This document shows, piece after piece, positions 10,052-18,977 of a stretch of 18,977 nt of DNA. Where the stretch lies: NCBI RefSeq assembly GCF_000143415.4, contig NW_003314415.1, forward strand, positions 203,266 through 222,242, in the 5' to 3' direction. The notes below the pieces were generated by a model, which was not told where the DNA came from, made no database searches, and saw only the letters and a list, made by a program, of their open reading frames with translations. Source of the DNA: Selaginella moellendorffii (Eukaryota; Plantae; Lycopodiophyta). Position numbers and translations under genes: made by a program. Within the stretch, counting starts at the first letter, position 1, and every line of letters starts with the position of its first letter.

Positions 10052-10599
10052 AGGGAAGATCGACGTCCTCATCGATGCATACTCGAGTCTAGAATACCAC
10101 CAAGGAAACAACTCCATAAAAAGTTCACGATACTCACACTATGTGAGAAATGCACCAACTTAAATGAGTTAGGGGTAACCTCTTTGTCTAACGCGGATGC
10201 GCTACTAGCTCAGACACCTTCCGGCCGTCACCGACAAGGAAATGACCAACAGAGTTAGCCACCCTTGCTGCTCTGGGAGTCACCCAGCTTACAAAAGTGT
10301 GATATGCCTCTGCCCGCAAGGACATAGAGAGAGAAGCCAGAGGCCCCAACCTTCCTAAGCAAAGAAACCAAACCCGTCGGTAAGGTTTAGATAGACTACT
10401 GTAAACAGGCAGTTAGAGTTGTTTACACGGTCACGCCCTTTTAACGGAATAAGAAACATCGACAGAGAGGCGGGTGATGTGACCAGTTGACAGTAGCTAC
10501 CCCATAACTAGAGATTTCAACATGCACACGAAGTGCCGAAACCAGTCTGCCTATACTGGCCCAAATTCAAAGATCAATAGATGGAAAATATCAAAGTCA

Positions 10600-13500
10600 T
10601 AAATAATGATATCTTAGAGTTGTAATTATCAGTGATTAAATCTTATATTAGAACACAAGAGTATTCCAAGTAAGTGATCATCTGATAAACCGGTAATATA
10701 GGATAGGAACCACCAAAATCATTATAGTTGGTAAACATAGGATTCACCAGCAACAAAATTCAATAGCAAGTAGATCATCAAGTAAACTCAATGATGAAAC
10801 CTAACTACTGAAAATAGCAGACAATAAGCCAACAACTTACTAAAGAGAACTCAAAGAATACCAAGTATCATTGATAAGCAAGCAAAATGCTCGCGAATGT
10901 ATCACCCGGAGGAAATAACATTCCAATCTATCAGAACAAACTTAAGCAATAATCAACAGAATAGAATGAATATTGCATGGCCAACAAACACTTAGTCATG
11001 TCAACTATCACACGAGCCAATCCAAATAGATCCCGATCAATGACTCCAAGGAACTCAAGTTGCCTAAGTAAATGTCAGCAACATCCTATCGATGTCTCAA
11101 ACCCAAGAGACCAATCCAGAACAAACCACAAAGAACATGTGGTATTGCAAAAAGCCAAAAGCCATCAAAAAGATAACTGACTATCATGAAAGATCATCAA
11201 TCATCCCATCAATAAAGAGATGCATAATCATCATTGAAGAAAGAATCTACCATCCCGAAGAATAGCAACTCAGTCTATATCAATAATAATCAAGCAAAAC
11301 TCTTGATAAGGATAATCAACTATCCTAGATGACAGTTAATCATTACCAATGATTGCCAGATGCAAATACTAACTTCAATAGCGAAGCTAATGAGCTAAAA
11401 TGCTTTCCCCAACAACTTTTAGCAAATGGCCCACAAGCATGAAAACTCAAGGAACCAAAAGCCTGAAGAAGTCTATAGCTAAGTCTTGTCTAACAATGAT
11501 CACAAGTCTTGCATAAACTAATTTCAATACTAAAGAAAAAATTATGGTGTAACCCACAATATCTTCCTCAACACATCCATAAGCTAAATTTCATAATGCC
11601 AAAGCTAATGAAGAGCATAGTTGCATCAATCCAAAAGCTAAGCATAACGAAGCTATGCTCAACAAGTGATCACCAAACGATCCTCCATGAATCCATCTAT
11701 AGCAAGATGTAACTCACTTTATAACAAGCACAAGAAGAATCATCAATGATCGATATATTCCAACTCAAATCCAATAAGGATTCAAACATTCCAATATTAA
11801 TCACTAACTTTTCCACTCGTAGAGTTAGGATAGTCCACGACTGAATCATTTTTCAAGGAAAAGCCAAAACTTAACCCCTACTAAATAATCTCGTCTAGAA
11901 CACAACTAACTCAAATTTGCCACTCAGTTCATTTGAACGTCAACATAGTTGTTAATTAGCAAATGCACGAATGCTAATAACACAAAGTTATAGCCAAATC
12001 ATCAACACTATCTTCATCAAAACTAATGAAACTCGACATCAATCTTGTGGAGAGACATCTCATTTCACTAAAATCTCAACATCAATAATGTCAACGACAA
12101 GGCTTCACTTCAATGCCATCAACACTAGAACAAAGCTAGAAGAAAGCACAAGTGTATCACCACTCAAAGCTCTTTGGCAACCAAGCTAACCAAGGTCGAA
12201 GATACTTTAGTTAGTATCCGAGACCAATCCTTCAACAATACTCAGCTACAGATAACACATTATCAAGGAGTGATTCACCATGTCCAAGACTCAATGAAAT
12301 CCAACACTACGAACTAAACGCAACCAAATGATATCGACAGAGGTAGAGTCAACATACCAACATGGAAAACCATATAAGTCTAATGACACGATCCTCCGCA
12401 ACACGATCCGGTAAAGCAAGCCCATCACTGCTGAATCATCATCAAGTGCAGCAAGTGTCAAAAGTCCTTGACGAAGTCTACAAGTAATCACTAGTTGCAA
12501 AGTAACGAACAATCACTCTTCAACTTGCCTTCACAAGACCCAAACACTAACTCGCACCATTGAGCTATATACTTGTCCAACAGGAATGTAATACCCCAGG
12601 TACGAGATAAAGGTTCATTGACAAGCACAAACTAAATGACCACTCGAATCCAACTCAACTGCAATAAGCTCACTAATGCATTTAGCCACTAGCTCTGAGC
12701 ATGCCTTGAAGAGGCTAGCTATGCATGATCAACACTTAGCCAAAACTAAAGTGAAGACCATAAGATGGACTCATATTGGTACACAACCTCCTTATAGACA
12801 AAGCTATAGTACGGGTACCAACATCTCAAACTCAAATAACTAAGTTGAATATCACCATCCTCAGCCAAGGCACAGGGCCACCAAGACCAAGTCAAGATTA
12901 GTGAGAGCTCACTACTCTCATAGAGTCTAACGAAATGCAAAGTGCAACTTGCCACTAAGCATAACGCTACAAAAGAAAGGCACAAGGGTCACCTTTCTAG
13001 AAAAGTGCAGCGGCCACTTTTTTACACTAACTCCAGACTCTATCCAACTCAATTGCCTTAGCCCCAAAAGTTAGCATCCCTTTCGAGCTGCATCATACAA
13101 ACTGCCTATTAAGGTCTAAGCCAACTAAAGTCAACTCCAACCCTTTCAGTAGTTTGTACTGGTTTACGAAAACGGAATGGTTTTCAAGCAAAGTGATAAC
13201 AGATCAGCCATTGGAAAAGTCTAAGAAAATTTGTGGAAAATTTTCCATCCTAGAGAAAGAATGACTCTTAGTCCAGAAATACAAACTTCCAAGACTCAAC
13301 CAACTTCCTCCTACCAACAACTTCACATAGGTTCACCTTAACACAAATTCTCATAACCCATAGTATGCTTAAGCCACGAACATCTTTTTGCTCATACTTT
13401 CGATATCCAACACCAACATCCGCAGAATGCAAAATAAACATCTAAAGCTTGATCACGAAGACCACATCTTCGGATATTCACATTGCACTAACACTTTTCT

Positions 13501-14000
13501 TCAATCACCTTCAAGATCCAATGTGAAGCCAAAACACTAACAAGAAAAATGATATGGAAAATCAAGCTTTAAGGAAAATTCCTCATCACTCGAATCAACA
13601 ATGCCACTTCCACTAACACAAGTGCTAGCGATATCAATGCCTTATCTACACACCTTTTCCATCCGACAATCTACTCCAAGTGCTAACGGATCAACTGATG
13701 AGTTATAGCAAATGAATGCTATAACCTTCTTCCAACACTTTATGGGCAAACTCTCACAGAAACAAGATACCAACTTAAGCTTAGCATAATGGACCATCAT
13801 CGAGAATCCAGTCAAAGCTACTACAATGCTATTATGTGCAAATAGACTAGCTTCTCCATCAACCACTTTGGGGTTGATCATCATTTAACCAAGCAACTTC
13901 GTAAACACATTGCTCATTATCACATGGATATGATATAATAATCACAATGACTTGATCATCAATTGAGCAACACTACGAGCAATGCCTATGTCATTACTTT
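10600..14000 (-). pseudogene. Highly eroded copia gag-PR-INT-RT-RNaseH remnant
   Basis: Minus-strand remnants occur in copia order. gag: FCESLP (~13750). PR: SWIESGVS (~13035). INT: VC-ACQ (~12625), LDDDS (~12440), ISFDE (~12015). RT: DGFMEDRLV..GID (~11690-11625), YGCVEEDI (~11570), YRLLQAFGSL (~11465), FNDD (~11235), LGNL-FLGV (~11055). RNase H: ITGLSDD (~10690). Each match is weak alone; the order and spacing carry the call. Confidence 0.65.
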
Positions 14001-14780
14001 AAAGGTTTATGTGATTATCAAGTGTCAACTCAATTCGACAAAATGCAACATAAATGCCACACTCTACCGATAGAGACTTACAACACCCAACACCACTAAC
14101 TTTTTGTTCAAAACATAGACAAGCTCATGCCACTCTCTTCCCGACCAAACTCAAAACTAATCCAACACCAAGCTACTCAAGGAGCAATAACAAGGTTCCT
14201 CAGAAAAGAATTTGAGCATTGCAACCCAAGTCTTCCATTAGCAAGCGTAGACAAAATGGTATAACGCTTCACCGTTATTCATCCCACAACTCACCATTTA
14301 CAAGACCATCATTTTCAACATGCATTAAGGTAGGGACCCTTGATTGCATAATGTGAACACGAGCAATGAGTTAACACCTTGTTGCAAATCATCTCTCCAA
14401 GAAGAGAAGATGATTTACGTGTTTGATCCTTCGTCCCTGACGACTCTCTTTTCGGTCTCATCTTTGACTAAACCTCAAGCTTGCTTTCGCACTGCCTTCA
14501 GTCCAATCCAAGAAAAGTTTATGAGAGAGCACGGCAATGATTACTTGAACCAATAGACTAATCCCTACAGTCTTGGTTGATTCACTTGTAATCATGCCCA
14601 GGAAAGATCTACTAGTGCCGTGCTAAATAGCTACGGACTAGCCTATTTGCCACTCATAGCAAACCCAGGAAAAGATTTACTTTCACCCATGGTACATGGA
14701 ACAACTCATGGAACCACTGATAGGCTAACATTAATCCTGCCAACTCAAAGTGCAACCTTGAGTTGCTAATGTGCCTCACT

Positions 14781-14852
14781 CACGAGTCCAAGCTCAAACT
14801 CGTGCGAACGGAACAACTCAATCCCTCTTGTGAGCCCAAGCTCAAGCTCACA
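14781..14852 (-). other. Twin stem-loops in B's 5' leader (candidate packaging/dimerisation signal)
   Basis: CACGAGT-ccaagctcaa-ACTCGTG (14781-14804) and TGTGAGC-ccaagctcaa-GCTCACA (14829-14852). Confidence 0.7.
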
Positions 14853-15009
14853 GAATATGGTACAACAAGGTAACCGAATCCATACCCAAGGAACAAATGT
14901 GAAGTCTTTGCACCCAAACGTGTACCCACTCGGATCATCGTTTTCATCTCTGCGTATGCAACGAGACTAGTTGCCCAATCTCATTGAATAGTACTCGCTG
15001 AGACTCATT

Positions 15010-15020
15010 CTCTGATACCA
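15010..15020 (-). promoter_or_regulatory. Primer binding site of B (tRNA-iMet)
   Basis: Minus strand TGGTATCAGAG, 2 nt after the 5' LTR end. Confidence 0.95.
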
Positions 15021-15022
15021 AA

Positions 15023-16147
15023 TGTAGCGCACGTGGTTTTGACCCTTTATCCTATGGTGATTTACCATAGGATAACACCACAAAGCGGAACCTAACCCTC
15101 TTTGTGCCACGTGACAGATGCCACGTGTCCATAAGAACCCGAGGTTTAGGGCCTCAAGCCACTGAACGAAGGAATGGTGCCAAACTCCCAAGCGTGGCAC
15201 CAAGGAGTGACGGAACCGAACCACGGAGCAACTCCCGAGCATAAAGCCTAAGGAGCGAAGGGACAGGAGCCCGGAGCGACTTGGAACAGTCCTGGAGCGA
15301 CCAGCATCCCAATGCCAGGACCAGCACGCAAAACGGAGCCAAACGGAGGCTGGCGCTATTTCGGCATACCGGTGGCCTAACATGAGGGTATGGGTACTCC
15401 ACCAACTAGCATGGAATGGAACTTGGGCTTAGACCCAAGCCGGATGCTGAACAAGGACACGCACGCAAGCGGGAGCTAGACTATGCCTCAGGTTGGTCGG
15501 CCATGCCCGATCTACCCACTATCCCTACTATACATTTGGAACCCCCCACAGCCCCCCCCCCCCCCCCCCTGAGGAACACACGCTTTGGGCTTTCACCCCA
15601 AGCCTCCCTTAGTATCAAGAGTTAATCTCTAGGACAAGCTCGAAACTTACTAAATATGGAATGTCCTTAGATTGCGAATTTGGATACGGGACGAACACCA
15701 TTGTGTTTAGAACGATCTCTACATTCCGTAGATATGCCAAATGAGCAAATCTGGACACTTTCCATAAATAGCATTTGGGACCGAAATGAGACTAACACAA
15801 AGGGCATGATAGCGAGGGTGTTTGGCAAACACGGTAAGCTATCATGTAGCGATATTGAGGGACCAATCTCAATACGCGAGGGTTCTTGTCAAGCCAGTGC
15901 AAGACAAAGCAAAAGAGAACTAACAAGCCGGGCCAAGTATGCTCAGCTAAATAGACACTTAGGAATTCCTTCCTTATGCTCATCCGGCCAAGTACAGATG
16001 CAAAGTCCAGTTTACTAACACTTGAACAAGAGGGACTGATAAAGGGTCCAGCAATACCGACCTCCTGCCATCGTGGCAGTAAGGTAAGAGTGTCCGTAAG
16101 GACTGGTCGACAGGTAACTTTCGATACCCGAAGTCACATTCGTGACA
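15023..16147 (-). repeat. 5' LTR of B (1125 bp)
   Basis: TGTAG...TGACA; direct repeat of 8887-10039; adjacent PBS. Confidence 0.97.
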
Positions 16148-16152
16148 GGAGG
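16148..16152. repeat. Right target site duplication GGAGG
   Basis: Identical to 8882-8886. Confidence 0.95.
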
Positions 16153-16740
16153 AAGAGCTAAAGGCCCAATAGTGTGTAGATGTAATTACTAGGCATATAA
16201 GGGTCTAGAGGTTGGAATAAATGCACTTGGTGAGTGAGTAGAGGGTAGAGATTGTATGCCCTCATTGTGGGCAGATATGAGTGAGATTGCTAGCCAATTT
16301 GCTAGTTGAGCTATTAGAGCATGAATAAGATGGTAAGCTTCTTGCTCCTACATAGTTCCTTGATAGTTTCTTTAGTGTATATGCTTGGTGTTGGCATTTT
16401 TGGTGTGTTAGTTGGGAGCTGCATTTATGAGCAGTGAAGCTGAGCAAAGAAGGCCAAACTTCAACAGCAGAGTAGTAGCCCATGTATACATAGCCATAAA
16501 TGACAATAGGAATAGGTAGAAAAAGCCCTCAAAGATTTTTTTAAAAGGGAGAAAAGAGAAAAAGAAAAAAATATTAGAGCAGATAGATTTACTAACAAGC
16601 AAAATTATACAGCCTCTAACTCAAAGGTAACACCATCAAAATTAATTGAAGAGATAGAAAAACTTGATGAAAGGTGGGGACCTTTCCAGAACTCGCCATC
16701 ACTTTTACAACAACAACAACCACCATTATAATCACAACCA

Positions 16741-18100
16741 ATGGCACAACAAGCTTTAGCAATGATGAATTGGATGAAGTACCCCAACTACATAACATTC
16801 AATGACCCAAATGAGCACATGATGACTTTTGAGAATGTGAATGCAATAAATAGTGAGTAAACTTTGCACCAAAGATTTATCCCAATAACATTGAAAGATA
16901 TCATTGTTAAGTGATATGCTACAGCAGTGGCATGAGCAACTTTTGTAGACTAGAATGCCTTGAAGAAAGAATTTTTAAATACTTGACTTGCAGGATTTCA
17001 TCAAAGAGTAAGTGACAATCTTACCACAATCATCTTACAGCTAGGAGAAACTATACAGAGATATGCAATGAAGTTCTAGAAGTTGTTATCAAAAAAGAAT
17101 CCAACTCTTACAATAGACAATCAAGTGAAATATTTTTGGTAAGGCTTACCTGAAAATGCTTCTTTTTATGTGCGGTGTCATGAACCAGCAGATTTGAATG
17201 TAGCTGCAACTTTGACTTCACATTTTGAGCAAACAAAGCTACCAACTCACTAAAGACAACTTCAAGCATCTATTGTTGGCAAAGGAGCTATACAACCAGT
17301 GGGATTAAATTATTTACACTTAGGAGCAATATCTAGACCTGTGAATCTGGTAGCAATAGCACAAACTTTGATTCCAACAGCAACTTTAATTCTGGCAATA
17401 GCTTTAACACCAATAGTTGCTCCTTCTATTTAACCTCAAGTTGTAGTGACCTTGTGGGAGACACAAATCAAAAAGGTTATAGAGGATTTGGTAAAAGTGT
17501 TCACAAAAAAGATGGGAGATATGCACCTTAACTAGATACAAGATGCTCAAAATTAGCCACAACTAGTGAGAGAACGTCAAAATATTTGATGTGTGAAGTG
17601 TAAGAACTATGGTCACTATTCTGATGAGTGTTTTATGCAACAAAGAAGACCAGCTTATTAATACTATAGATGAAACAATCATGCATTAAAAAATTGTTTT
17701 TATCAACCAAAAAGACAAGTAGTGACACCCTTTTTTTCCAGCAGCAACAGTCTTATATGCAATATGCACCACCTATTGTCCTAAGTTATCATGTTCAAAT
17801 GCAAGCTCCTGTCCAATATTGGCCATAAAATCCTTATGATCAGGGAGATATGTTGCAACAATATGCCACACAACAGTTGAGCATTCTAATATATGTTGTG
17901 ACGACTATGCCACAATAGCAGTTTCAAGGATGGGCAATAGACGAAGTCAAGGAGGTGGAAGAGGGCCACAATGCTATCATTGCAAGGAATTTAGCCATAT
18001 CCAAGCAAATTGTCCGAGTGTGAAGAAATCAAAGGATTATCAGCTAATATATGGAATTTGTGATACTCATAGCCTTCATCCTCAAGAGCAATGTCCTCAC
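16741..18100 (+). pseudogene. gag: Decayed gag of element A (non-chromovirus Gypsy)
   Basis: MKYPNYITFNDPNEHM, D*NALKKEFL, QLGETIQRYAMKF and YFW*GLP. Knuckles CVKCKNYGHYSDEC (17590-17631), CYHCKEFSHIQANC (17972-18013) and YGICDTHSLHPQEQC (18050-18094). Many stops and frameshifts. Confidence 0.85.
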
Positions 18101-18599
18101 AAGCTGTAGCAAGACCGACAAGTGGTCGACTCACAAGCTATATTTGTTCAACCTATGGACTTGGATGGACTTTCTACAAGCTGGAAAAAAGAAAGACTCA
18201 CCCACTTGAATGGTTCAGATTCAGAGCCAAGAGTGTGACCAGGACAAGGAGATTTACATGGATCCAGACAAGGAATTGATCTTGAAAGAATTGCAAGGCG
18301 GTAGCGTCAGGCTGCAAGAGAAAAACAAAGAAGAATTCAAAGTTAACCCTAATGGGCATCTCAACAATTTGAAGGGACTGGTTCCTTCCCTTGAGCAAGT
18401 GAGCAAGGCATTTGAGCCATATAAAGAAACTAGGGTGAAGCCACTAAAGTCTGATAAGAGCTAGAAATTCAAACATGTGCTAAATTTAGAAGCTACTCCT
18501 TACGACATTCTCAAGGACCTTGATAATCAAAACCCAACAATCACCTTTGAGAGCTCGTAAAAACGTTGTAGTTAATTTAGCTTGGCTGGTGATCACAAA

Positions 18600-18977
18600 T
18601 ATGTTAGCCCTAGTGATAGATTTGGATTTGGCTGGGCAATGGATCAAAAATTGTGCATCGGATGGAGGTAGTGGGGTGAATATTATTCTTGACGAGATGG
18701 CATATTGACTCAACTTAGGAGTGTTGATTCCAGTTCCTTTTCATATTTGTATAGCAAAGCAAAGGAGCCACCAGATGTGCTCACAGGAATTCAGGTGGCA
18801 ATAGCAGAGATCCAATTTTGTGTAAATTTTGTGGTTCTTTAGATGAGTATGGGTGAGTTGACTTATCCGCTTCTTCTAGGCTGGCCATGGTTAATACAAG
18901 ATAATGCTGTGAGTTACTAGCAAAGGGGATTGATGCAGATAACTAATGGAAATGTCAAGAGGAAAGTCTGAGTGAGT
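18600..18977 (+). pseudogene. Decayed aspartic protease of element A; pol likely continues beyond the window
   Basis: DGGSGVNII (18661-18687) and YPLLLGWPWL (18864-18893; cf. LLGRPWL). Confidence 0.85.

Larger units (their letters stand above)
8887..16147 (-). mobile_element. Element B: structurally complete, non-coding (non-autonomous) Ty1/copia-derived LTR retrotransposon, 7261 bp
   Basis: Two TG..CA direct repeats, 5-bp TSD GGAGG (8882-8886 and 16148-16152), PBS and PPT on the minus strand, and copia-order motif remnants. Confidence 0.95.

Noticed and set aside
10040-15022. B interior as a captured host gene or novel cargo
   Set aside because: No long ORF or exon structure; the residual motifs follow copia domain order.

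Overview
No cellular gene is supported. The window is a nest of four LTR retrotransposons, most likely from a non-seed land plant (inferred from a Tcn1-like chromovirus next to a non-chromovirus Gypsy with a DGGSGVN protease motif). (A) An old + strand Gypsy: decayed gag with three zinc knuckles and a protease at 16741-18977, with probable upstream sequence at 7203-8886. (B) A complete 7261-bp minus-strand element at 8887-16147, inserted into A. It has TSD GGAGG, ~1.1-kb LTRs about 96-97% identical, a Met PBS and a PPT, and its interior is an extremely eroded Ty1/copia gag-pol. (C) A minus-strand Tcn1/Tf1-like Gypsy at 4355-7202, with a 361-bp 5' LTR, gag, PR and an internally deleted RT. (D) A minus-strand element, running from the window start to 4354, inserted into C; it has a 1.65-kb LTR with a tandem array and a Met-type PBS. 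The best signals are cis-acting RNA structures. C has a perfect 16-nt match between its predicted transcript 5' end and its PBS position, suggesting tRNA-independent self-priming. B's leader has twin hairpins with identical loops and fully compensated stems, a candidate packaging/dimerisation signal. All alignments and motif calls were made by eye.
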